Made by a program: the position numbers and the translations under genes
In this document: one piece after another, positions 9,187 to 16,644 of the stretch
How the letters are laid out: every line of letters begins with the position of its first letter
Numbering within the stretch: position 1 is the first letter of the stretch
Assembly (NCBI GenBank): GCA_035541035.1
Contig: DATLFO010000168.1
Location: forward strand, 1 to 33,683
Direction of reading: 5' to 3'
DNA length: 33,683 nt
Source of the DNA: Actinomycetota bacterium
Lineage (GTDB): Bacteria > Actinomycetota > AC-67
Notes under the pieces: generated by a model
The model's database searches: none
Told to the model about the DNA's origin: nothing
What the model saw: the letters and a program-made list of their open reading frames with translations, nothing else

Positions 9187-9999
9187 CTAGCAGCCGTCGC
9201 CGTTCGTGCCCAGGATCGGATCCTGGGTGCAGAAGTGCCAGTCCGGCCTGGTGCGGATCACGCGCGCCGGCAGGTTGGTGCTCACGATCGCGATGCCGTT
9301 GAAGGTGATCTGGGTCAGGTTGCCGCCCACGTCGCATGCCGCCATCTCGTCGGTTTTGGTCGGTGCCGCACCGAAGTAGAAGCGGATCTTGCTCGGGGCG
9401 TGGCCCGCCCGCGAGATCACGCCGCTGAACTCCCACGCGCCGCGTCCTCGTGGAAAGCCCATTCGATTGATCGTCCAGTCCTCGCCCTGGAAGCGGAGCG
9501 TTCCGCCCTCCGCCCCGCCGTAGGTCTGGCCGCAGTAGCCGTAGAACCAGGTCGGCGCGTTGATCCGGCAGGTGGTATCGCCGGTCGTCGCGTCGACGCA
9601 TCCGCCGAGCAGGTCGGTGTTGGCCGAGATCTGACCCATGCACGGCGGGTTGAGCCCGACCTCGCCCTGGGTCGTATCCGCGGCCCTCCAGTACGGACGG
9701 TAGGTGCCGAGGTTGCGCTGCAGGCGGCATGTCGCGATCTGCACGCCGGGGGCGTTCGGGTCGGCGTCACGGCAGACCGGCGGAAGCTGCGCCGGTTGCG
9801 GGATGCCGAGGTCGTCGCGGACGGGGTTGTTGCCGACCCGCTTCCATTCGTACTGGCAGTAGCCACTGATGTTGGACGTGCCGTCGATATACATGACGTG
9901 CTCGCCGGCCGGATGAGCCGACGAGGATGCCGGCGCGAACATCGAGCCCAGCGCGAGCCCGATCGCCAGCATCTTGTAGACCACCTTCTTGTGCCGCAT
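9187..9999 (-). CDS. Secreted cysteine-rich hypothetical protein (270 aa, 10 Cys after the signal peptide)
   Basis: ATG at 9999-9997 is preceded by GGGGAGGGA. The signal peptide is MRHKKVVYKMLAIGLALGSMFAPASSSA. Ten cysteines are spread through the mature part and the last residue is Cys. I recognise no family. Confidence 0.7.
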   Translation of the reverse strand: MRHKKVVYKMLAIGLALGSMFAPASSSAHPAGEHVMYIDGTSNISGYCQYEWKRVGNNPVRDDLGIPQPAQLPPVCRDADPNAPGVQIATCRLQRNLGTYRPYWRAADTTQGEVGLNPPCMGQISANTDLLGGCVDATTGDTTCRINAPTWFYGYCGQTYGGAEGGTLRFQGEDWTINRMGFPRGRGAWEFSGVISRAGHAPSKIRFYFGAAPTKTDEMAACDVGGNLTQITFNGIAIVSTNLPARVIRTRPDWHFCTQDPILGTNGDGC

Positions 10000-10065
10000 C
10001 GCGTCCCTCCCCTTCGCTGACGGTGCCCCGGCGTGGCCTCCCCGGCGGGCCGGAACCTGGTGTCC

Positions 10066-10091
10066 GGTTCAGGTGTCAGAAAACCTGAACC
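10066..10091. promoter_or_regulatory. Perfect 9-bp inverted repeat (GGTTCAGGT-N8-ACCTGAACC) in the largest intergenic gap of the array
   Basis: Read directly: 10066-10074 is GGTTCAGGT and 10083-10091 is ACCTGAACC. It lies in the 182-bp gap between the lipase stop (10182) and the start at 9999, a region locally less GC-rich. It could be an operator, an RNA hairpin or a terminator. No good U-tract follows on the transcribed strand. Confidence 0.35.
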
Positions 10092-10181
10092 GCCTCTCAG
10101 TTTTGTGTGTAAGTTCGACGTCTTGCCGTTTCGTTCCTGCTTCGAAACCCCCGCTTCTTTCGTTGGGACCCGGTCTGCTTG

Positions 10182-11438
10182 CTACGCCGCCGCGAGCCAG
10201 GCCTCGACCTGGCTCATGGCCGTTGAGTTCCAGCCCAGTTTCGAGTGGTTGATGCTCAGCGTGACCGTGCCGCCCAGATTCGCGATCCCGGTCGAGGACG
10301 TGCACGAGTTCTTGAAGATCAGCCCGTCGCTGGTCCCGGTGTGCTCGTTGTGGATGTTCGGGATGTCGGCGGTCTGGCCGCACAGCAGATATGTGCGCAC
10401 GCTCGACGGGATGCCGGCGCTGCGGATGGTGTCCACCAGGCTCGAGCCGGTGTAGGCGGTGATCCCGGCCGAGTACGAGACGTAACCCCAGCCGCCGTAG
10501 TAGGTCGTGTAGTAGTCCTGTTCGGCGACCGGCAGGCCGTAGGTGCCGTCCCACCGCTTGAGCATCTGCTTCGACCCCGGGTACCACGAGGAGTCGTAGG
10601 CGTACTCGGGGTGGTTGTACCAAACGCCGTAGCAGACCAGCCAGGTGTGTGGCGCCGCCCCGTTCGCGTTGATCCCGCACTCGGGATAGATGCCGACCGA
10701 GGTGTTGATCCCGTGCCGGAACGCGTAGTCGAAGCCGTTGTTCGGAGTGCCCAGCAGGATCAGGCGACGCACGTTCCCGTTGTAGGCACTGCCCCAGCTC
10801 CTCTTGACGCTCGAGATGTACTGCCGCGCGTTGAAGCCGCCCTTGGACCAGGCGACCACGTCGACCTGCGACGCTCCGGTCGCGGCCTTGATGATCTCGA
10901 TCGCGTCGAAGATCTGCTCGGCCCAGTAGTAGCCGTCGCCGTTCTTGTGGGGGAAGGTGATGCCGAAGACTTTGTAGCCGCGCGAGTCCAGGTACTGCAT
11001 CAGGCCGGTGCTCGGGCAGGTCGATGCGCCGCACAGGTTGCCGCCGTACTCGTTGGGGTTGGCCCAGGCGAAGTCGGCGGTCTGGTTGGCGCCGTGCACC
11101 AGCAGCACGGGAACCGGCTTGGTCCCGGTGCTCCACTTTGGGGCGTAGGAAAGCAGGAAGCGTGACGAGTGCGGCTGGGACGAGCCGAAGTGCGTGACGC
11201 GCTGGCCTTGCTGATTCCCGCGGCCGTCGCTCGGCCAGCCTTCGGCGGTGAAGCCGGTCGAGTTGTCCTTCCAGCGTTCGACCTTGGCCCAGCCGAACGA
11301 GACGCTTGTGAAGGTCGCTTCGAGCGTGCGGGACGAGGTGGCATGCGCGGGCGTGCGCAGCGATGCGAGATTGCCGAGCGAACCTGCCGCGACGAGCGTC
11401 GCGACGGCGATGCGGACTGCAACACGGGAACGGGTCAC
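10182..11438 (-). CDS. Secreted esterase/lipase-family alpha/beta hydrolase (~418 aa)
   Basis: Track ORF 10182..12221. I place the start at GTG 11438-11436, 6 nt after GGGGGAGGA, because the upstream part of the track ORF overlaps the hydrolase gene 11489..12322. The signal peptide is VTRSRVAVRIAVATLVAAGSLGNLASLRTPAHA. The core has PVLLVHGANQTADF and the nucleophile-elbow variant VVAWSKGG (compare AHSMGG of class-2 lipases). Confidence 0.75.
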   Translation of the reverse strand: MTRSRVAVRIAVATLVAAGSLGNLASLRTPAHATSSRTLEATFTSVSFGWAKVERWKDNSTGFTAEGWPSDGRGNQQGQRVTHFGSSQPHSSRFLLSYAPKWSTGTKPVPVLLVHGANQTADFAWANPNEYGGNLCGASTCPSTGLMQYLDSRGYKVFGITFPHKNGDGYYWAEQIFDAIEIIKAATGASQVDVVAWSKGGFNARQYISSVKRSWGSAYNGNVRRLILLGTPNNGFDYAFRHGINTSVGIYPECGINANGAAPHTWLVCYGVWYNHPEYAYDSSWYPGSKQMLKRWDGTYGLPVAEQDYYTTYYGGWGYVSYSAGITAYTGSSLVDTIRSAGIPSSVRTYLLCGQTADIPNIHNEHTGTSDGLIFKNSCTSSTGIANLGGTVTLSINHSKLGWNSTAMSQVEAWLAAA

Positions 11439-11457
11439 GTTGGGTCCTCCCCCGGTT

Positions 11458-11479
11458 CGAAAACTCCCTGGCGTTTTCG
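11458..11479 (-). other. 7-bp stem hairpin (CGAAAAC-N8-GTTTTCG) directly upstream of the lipase SD
   Basis: Read directly in the 50-bp gap between the stop at 11489 and the start at 11438. The stem is A/U-rich and adjacent to the GGGGGAGGA ribosome-binding site. Confidence 0.3.
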
Positions 11480-11488
11480 GCGATGCGG

Positions 11489-12322
11489 CTACGCGGTTCT
11501 CACCTCCCTGATCGCGTCGCGGCCGCCGGCCAGGAAATCCGCCACGATGCGGTTGAACTCGCGGGCTTGCTCGATGAAGAACAGATGACCACCCGGAAGA
11601 GTTGTGATGGCTGCGCCGGGAACGCGCTCGGCCAGCAGCGGCGTGTTGCGCGGATCCACGACCGCGTCTTCCAGGCCGGTGATGCACAGCGTCTCGGCTT
11701 CGATGACATGGACGCGGTCGCTGGCGTCGAAGGTCGCGCCGGCGTTCCACTGCGCCATGTAGCTCTCGAGCGGCTGATTGGATTCGCGCCGGAAGTCGAT
11801 CACCGTCTGCACGACATCGGGCCGCTGCGTCACGAACTCGTCGCTGAACGCGTTCTCGATGAAGCGACGCAGCCGTTCCTCGTCCGGCAAGGTCGGGGCG
11901 AGCTCGATCAGATCGAGCGTTCGCTGCGGCATCGGCACGAAGTCCGCGCCGCCGAACCCGGTACACGCCAGCACCAGCCGTTCGATCAGCTCCGGCCGGG
12001 CCAGCGCCAGCTCTTGTGCGACGAAGCCGCCGAGCGAGGTGCCCACGACGTGGGCCCGTTCGATGCCGAGCGCGTCCATCAGGCCGGCCGTGTCGGCGGC
12101 CATCTCGGCCGCGGTGTAGGGGCCGGGCGGCGCGTCCGAGCCGCCGACGCCGCGGTTGTCGAATGTCACGACGCGGTAGCCGCGCTCGGCGAGCGGCCCC
12201 GCGTTCCAGTGCCATCCCCACCGGCCGTAGGCCAGGCCCATGATCAGCACGACCCAGGGCCCCTCGTTGCCGTGGACCTCGTAGTCCAGCGCGACGCCGG
12301 TTCCGGTATCGATGCGGGTCAT
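11489..12322 (-). CDS. Alpha/beta-fold hydrolase (~277 aa)
   Basis: ATG at 12322-12320 (MTRIDTGTGVALDYEVHG) forms an ATGA overlap with the stop of the KASIII-like gene. Nucleophile elbow is VVGTSLGGF. The C-terminal LPGGGHLFF-like motif (TLPGGHLFFIEQ) carries the His. Confidence 0.85.
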   Translation of the reverse strand: MTRIDTGTGVALDYEVHGNEGPWVVLIMGLAYGRWGWHWNAGPLAERGYRVVTFDNRGVGGSDAPPGPYTAAEMAADTAGLMDALGIERAHVVGTSLGGFVAQELALARPELIERLVLACTGFGGADFVPMPQRTLDLIELAPTLPDEERLRRFIENAFSDEFVTQRPDVVQTVIDFRRESNQPLESYMAQWNAGATFDASDRVHVIEAETLCITGLEDAVVDPRNTPLLAERVPGAAITTLPGGHLFFIEQAREFNRIVADFLAGGRDAIREVRTA

Positions 12323-13344
12323 GCGTCGCTTCCCCAGCGGATCACGCTCGCCGCCCACGAGTAGCCGGTTCCCGCCGCGAGCGTCAGGATCGTCATGCCG
12401 TCGCGCAGGCCGCCTTCGTCGCGCGCGACCGACAGCGCGAGCAGCGGATCAACCGCGCTCATGTGCCCGAACGTGTCCAGATAGATGCTCTGGTTCTCAC
12501 TCAGGCCGAACTCGCCGAGCAGCATGTGGTGGATCGAGCGCTTCATGTGGATCGGCAGCAGCAGGTCCACGTCGTTGATGCCGTAGCCGCTGCGCTCCAG
12601 CGCCTGGGACGCAACCTTGAGAAAGTTCTTGAGCGTGATCGGATCGAGCCGGTCCTTCATCTCCTGCGGGTCGCGCACGTCGAGGTAGTGCATGCGGCGG
12701 TCCACGGTGGCATGGCTGGCCGGGTGGGCGCTGCCGCCGGCCGGCACGCGGACCTGGTCGCTGAACGAGCCGTCGGTCAGGATGCTCGACCCCAGCACGA
12801 CGTTGTGCGGGTGGTCGCGCCTGAGCAGGACCGCGACGCCGCCGTCGCCGAAGTTGATCATGAAGCGGGCGCGCTTGTTGGTGTAGTCGAGCAGTTGCGA
12901 CTCCTTGGCGGCGCCGACCAGCAGGACGCTTCTCAGGTGCGGGTCGGCGGCGAGCATGTCGCGCACGACCTTGAGCGCGACGGGCGCCCCCGCCGAGACG
13001 TTCACCGCCTCCATCGCGAACCCGTCCAGGCCGAGCGCGTGCTGGATCGCGGGTGCGGCCTGCCAGACCGCGTAGTCCTTCCAGTGCGATCCGAAGTAGA
13101 CGACCGCGTCGATGTCGGCGCGGCCGTTGCGCTCGACGATGGGCTCGGCGGCGGCGATGCACATGTCGGAGACGTGCTCGTCCCAAGCGGCGATGTGCTT
13201 GCCCTTCAAGCCGAAGCGCTCGACGACGATCTCTTCGGGGATGCCGGCGCGTTCGCCGATTTGGGCGGCGGTCATGAAGTGCTCGGGGGCGTAGTGACCG
13301 AGGTCGGCGATCCCGACCGGTGGGTTTCGGTAGACGGATGTCAT
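12319..13344 (-). CDS. KASIII (FabH)-like thiolase-fold enzyme with a non-canonical active site (341 aa)
   Basis: ATG at 13344-13342 forms an ATGA overlap with the acyl-CoA synthetase stop. The overall pattern resembles FabH (INFGDGGVAVLL, LLLPIHMKRS, FGHMSAVDP, AAGTGYSWAASVIRW). By my hand alignment to E. coli FabH, Cys112 aligns to Ser117 (NVSAGAP; TCG codon at 12996-12994), His244 aligns to His266, and Asn274 aligns to His294 (CAC codon at 12465-12463). Confidence 0.8.
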   Translation of the reverse strand: MTSVYRNPPVGIADLGHYAPEHFMTAAQIGERAGIPEEIVVERFGLKGKHIAAWDEHVSDMCIAAAEPIVERNGRADIDAVVYFGSHWKDYAVWQAAPAIQHALGLDGFAMEAVNVSAGAPVALKVVRDMLAADPHLRSVLLVGAAKESQLLDYTNKRARFMINFGDGGVAVLLRRDHPHNVVLGSSILTDGSFSDQVRVPAGGSAHPASHATVDRRMHYLDVRDPQEMKDRLDPITLKNFLKVASQALERSGYGINDVDLLLPIHMKRSIHHMLLGEFGLSENQSIYLDTFGHMSAVDPLLALSVARDEGGLRDGMTILTLAAGTGYSWAASVIRWGSDA

Positions 13345-14876
13345 GGGCTGCCGTACCTCGCTCGTAGCTCCGGCTTCAGGAGCTTTCCGGTTGCGTTGCG
13401 GGGAAGCGTCTCGGCGAAGACGACGCTGGCGGGAACCTTGAACTTGGCGAGTCGCTCGCTGCAGAACGCGCGGATCTCGTCCTCGGTGGCGGACGCGTCC
13501 GTGCGCAGGACGACGATCGCGCGGCCGGACTCGCCCCAACGCTCGTCGGGCACGCCGATCACTGCGGCCTCTTGCACGGCCGGGTGGCCGGCCAAGGTTC
13601 GTTCGATCTCGGCCGGGTAGACGTTCTCACCGCCCGAGATGTACATGTCCTTCACGCGATCGACGATGGTGATGTAGCCCTCGTCGTCGATCAGGCCGAC
13701 ATCGCCGGTGCGCAGCCATCCGCCGCGCAGCGCCTTGGCGGTCTCCTCGGGAAGGTTCCAGTATTCGCGCATCACGCTCGGGCCGCCGACGACGATCTCG
13801 CCCGTGCCGCCGGGCGCAACCTCGTTGTCGTGCTCGTCGAACACGCGCGTGTCGGCGAAGAAGTACGGGCGGCCCGCCGCGCCGGCTTTGCGGATCGCGT
13901 CCTCGGGCGCAAGGATCAGGCAGTTCGGAGCGGCCTCGGTCAGGCCGTAGCCCTGGATGAACTGCAGGCCGCGCTCCTGGTAGCGCCGGATCAGCGGCAC
14001 CGCGAGCGGCGCGCCGCCGCATACGAAGGAGCGCACGCTCGACAGGTCCGACGCGGCGAATCGTGGATGGTCGGCCAGAACCTGATAGATCGTGGGCACG
14101 CCCATCATCGAGGTGATCTTCTCGCGCGCGATCAGGTCGAGGACGCGTCCGGCGTCGAAGGCGGGTTCCAGATACACGGTCCCGCCCTTCCACCAGACCG
14201 CGAGCGTGTTCACGTTCCAGCCTCCGATGTGGAACATCGGCAGCACGACCAAGCTTCGCTCGTCCTGGGTGATGTCGAGCGCGACGATCATGTTCAGGTT
14301 CGTCCAGAAGAAGTTTCCGTGGGTGAGCACCGCACCCTTCTGCCGGCCGGTCGTTCCCGAGGTGTAGATGATCGCGAGCGCATCCTCGGGCTTTGCGCCG
14401 GCCGGGCTGCCGGCGGGGGTCGCAGCCGATTGCGCGTCGTCCCAGCGAAGGTCGGACGGGTCGGCGGCGTCGCCGCTGCCCGCGACGAACGCGGCCTTGA
14501 TCGCGGTGCCCGGCCGGAATGCCGCGACGGCCTCGCGCAGCGAGGCATCGTAGAGCAGCGTCGCGCTCTGCGAGTCGTTGCACAGGAACTCGAGCTCGGG
14601 TGCGGTCAGGCGCGTGGACAGCGGCACCATGATCGCGCCGAGCCGCGCGCACGCGAAGAACGCGTCCACGTAGTCCACCGTGTTCGGCAGGTAGGTCGCG
14701 ACGCGGTCACCAACCTCGACCCCTGCCGCGGCGAGCGCACCCGCCGCCCGCGCGGCGCGCTCGTCGAGCTCTCGATAGGTATAGGACCCATCCGGCGTGA
14801 CCAGCGCGATGCGGTTGGGCGTCAGCGCCGCGCGCCGCGCGATCCAAAAGCCGATGCCGGTGTAGGGGAAGGTCAT
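13341..14876 (-). CDS. AMP-dependent acyl-CoA synthetase/ligase (class I adenylate-forming enzyme, 511 aa)
   Basis: ATG at 14876-14874 forms an ATGA overlap with the upstream stop. Motifs: IIYTSGTTGRQKGAVLTH, GYGLTEA, WLRTGDVG, GGENVYPAEIE, PRNATGKLLK. Confidence 0.9.
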   Translation of the reverse strand: MTFPYTGIGFWIARRAALTPNRIALVTPDGSYTYRELDERAARAAGALAAAGVEVGDRVATYLPNTVDYVDAFFACARLGAIMVPLSTRLTAPELEFLCNDSQSATLLYDASLREAVAAFRPGTAIKAAFVAGSGDAADPSDLRWDDAQSAATPAGSPAGAKPEDALAIIYTSGTTGRQKGAVLTHGNFFWTNLNMIVALDITQDERSLVVLPMFHIGGWNVNTLAVWWKGGTVYLEPAFDAGRVLDLIAREKITSMMGVPTIYQVLADHPRFAASDLSSVRSFVCGGAPLAVPLIRRYQERGLQFIQGYGLTEAAPNCLILAPEDAIRKAGAAGRPYFFADTRVFDEHDNEVAPGGTGEIVVGGPSVMREYWNLPEETAKALRGGWLRTGDVGLIDDEGYITIVDRVKDMYISGGENVYPAEIERTLAGHPAVQEAAVIGVPDERWGESGRAIVVLRTDASATEDEIRAFCSERLAKFKVPASVVFAETLPRNATGKLLKPELRARYGSP

Positions 14877-15562
14877 TCGGCCGCCTCCAGGAACGTGCGG
14901 TACACGTCGCAGGAGACGACGACGCCTTCCGAGCCGGGCGGGCAGAACGAGGTGCCGTCATTCGCGCCGGCGATGCCGACGAACGCGACCAGACCCTGGC
15001 GCAGCGCGGGCCGCACCTTCAGCGCCTTGCGCGCAAGCGTGACGCCGAGCGAGTGCGCGACGATCGAGAACCGCTCCGATCCCGTGTAGGCGCGAACCGC
15101 GGCGATAAAGTCGAGCAGATCAGGGACGTTGACATCGTTGGAGGTGACGCGGGCGTTGCCGTCCCATCCCATCTCGGCCCGTTCGGCGTCGCGCTCGGGG
15201 TTCTGGGTGAACAGGGCGCTGCCATTGTTGGCGCCCAGGCCGTTGTAGGAAAGAGCCCACAACTCTTGATCGGTCCAGCCGGCGGCCTTGAACCGGTCGC
15301 GTACCGGATACCAGTCGGCGTGATCGACGTTGTTGCCGTGCACGAAGATGACCGGGGCATGCGTGCGCGGCGCGCCTGAGGCGATGCCGCCGAAGCCGCC
15401 GATGCGAAAGCCCCACTCGTGGTCGGTCAGCGCCGGAAAGTCGGTGGGGAAGCGGATCTTCGCGGGCCCTTGCGGCGACGAGTGTCCGGCTTGGTGGTCC
15501 GCGCGGGCGGGCAGGGCCGCAAGAAGCGCCGCAGCGCACAGCAACGCGATCCGGCGCTTCAT
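14873..15562 (-). CDS. Class-2-lipase-like secreted protein, C-terminally truncated tandem paralog (229 aa); possibly inactive or a pseudogene
   Basis: ATG at 15562-15560 forms an ATGA overlap with the upstream stop. The signal peptide is MKRRIALLCAAALLAALPARA. PVIFVHGNNVDHADWY and the IVAHSLGV nucleophile elbow are present. The ORF ends 58 aa after the Ser, so it lacks the region that in the 361-aa paralog carries the putative Asp and His. Confidence 0.7.
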   Translation of the reverse strand: MKRRIALLCAAALLAALPARADHQAGHSSPQGPAKIRFPTDFPALTDHEWGFRIGGFGGIASGAPRTHAPVIFVHGNNVDHADWYPVRDRFKAAGWTDQELWALSYNGLGANNGSALFTQNPERDAERAEMGWDGNARVTSNDVNVPDLLDFIAAVRAYTGSERFSIVAHSLGVTLARKALKVRPALRQGLVAFVGIAGANDGTSFCPPGSEGVVVSCDVYRTFLEAAE

Positions 15563-16644
15563 CGAGTCCTCTTTCGAATCGTGAGCGCGCCGAAGGCTGC
15601 GGCGCCCAGCGTCAGCGCGCCCGCGCCGAAAAGCGCGCCGGGCACGCCGGTTGCGGCAAGCTCGCGCTTGTCACCCAGCACGGCCGCCGGCTTCGGTGCG
15701 GGCGTCGTCGGCGCGGCAAGATACGGCTTCTCGGCGTTTTCGATGAAGGCGCGGTAGTCGGCGACGACGTTGGCGGCGACGCGAAGCTGATTGTGGTTGG
15801 TGAAGGGATACTGCCGGTTGTCGGCACCCTTCAGCACGGGACTTTGGGCGTAGGTTCCCATGAAGGCGACGTCGTAGGTCCCGGTGCCTTCGTAAACGGT
15901 CATCCACTTCGCGGGGGGATAGGTTTCGTCGCTGCCGTCGGGGCCGTTGAGCTCGGCCAGCCATGGCGTGTTCGCGGCGATCTCGTCGCAGGCGTAAACG
16001 TTGCCTTCGCTACCGGGCGGACACAGGCTGGTGCCGTGGTTGCCGCCGGCGATGCCGACGAACGCGACCAAGTCCGCGCGCAGCGCCGGATGCACCTTGA
16101 GCATCTTGCGCGCGACCGTCACGCCGAGCGAATGCGCGACGATCGTGAACTTCTTCGAGCCGGTATAGGCACGCACCGCGGTCACGAAGGCATGCAAATC
16201 GGGAACGTTGACGTCATTGGCGGTGATGCGCGCGATGCCGTCACCGCCCATCTCGGCGCGCTCGGCGCGGCCGGCAGGGTTGTCACGCGAGGGCGTGTTG
16301 CCATTGTCGTTGCCGACACCGTTGTAGGACAGGCCCCACAGCTCCTGGTCGGTCCAGCCGGCGGCCTTGAAGTCGTCGCGCACGTGATACCAGTCGGCGT
16401 GATCGACGTTGTTGCCGTGCACGAAGATCACCGGCACGTGCTTCAGCGGCGCTCCCTGCCGGATGCCGCCGAACCCGCCGAGCCGAAAGCTCCACTCGGC
16501 ATCGGTCAGTGCCGGGAAGCCGGCGGGGAAGTGTGCCTTCATCGGGCCCACCGGTGGCGTGTGGCCGTTCTGATGATCGGCGCCCGCGGATGCGGCCGCC
16601 AGCAGCAGCGCGAGCCCCGCGACGACCGCCCTCACGCGCCGCAC
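15559..16644 (-). CDS. Secreted class-2-like lipase/esterase with a C-terminal LAxTG cell-wall sorting signal (361 aa)
   Basis: GTG at 16644-16642 (alternative GTG at 16635 forms a GTGA overlap with the upstream stop). It has a signal peptide, PVIFVHGNNVDHADWY and IVAHSLGV. The C-terminus is LAATG (codons 15660-15646), then the hydrophobic stretch VPGALFGAGALTLGAAAFGALTI, then RKRTR. Confidence 0.85.
   Translation of the reverse strand: MRRVRAVVAGLALLLAAASAGADHQNGHTPPVGPMKAHFPAGFPALTDAEWSFRLGGFGGIRQGAPLKHVPVIFVHGNNVDHADWYHVRDDFKAAGWTDQELWGLSYNGVGNDNGNTPSRDNPAGRAERAEMGGDGIARITANDVNVPDLHAFVTAVRAYTGSKKFTIVAHSLGVTVARKMLKVHPALRADLVAFVGIAGGNHGTSLCPPGSEGNVYACDEIAANTPWLAELNGPDGSDETYPPAKWMTVYEGTGTYDVAFMGTYAQSPVLKGADNRQYPFTNHNQLRVAANVVADYRAFIENAEKPYLAAPTTPAPKPAAVLGDKRELAATGVPGALFGAGALTLGAAAFGALTIRKRTR

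Noticed and set aside
2899-9190. Very long plus-strand ORFs antisense to the ABC, SBP and large-protein genes (for example 2899..4332, 5121..6629, 6605..9190). Similar ones occur at 16509..18374, 20707..22134, 21834..23036, 22936..24393, 24305..26086 and 26132..27412.
   Set aside because: Their translations are low-complexity Arg/Gly/Asp/His/Pro-rich strings with no recognisable motifs. The opposite strand encodes proteins with clear family signatures and coupled start/stop architecture. These are typical stop-codon-poor antisense frames of high-GC DNA.
11489-14876. A possible OleABC-like olefin/beta-lactone module (thiolase-fold enzyme, alpha/beta hydrolase and AMP-dependent ligase adjacent).
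   Set aside because: OleA chemistry needs an active-site Cys, and the thiolase-fold protein here has Ser at that position by my alignment. No OleD-type reductase gene is present, and the gene order and sizes do not match known ole clusters. I kept it only as a generic acyl-transfer module hypothesis.
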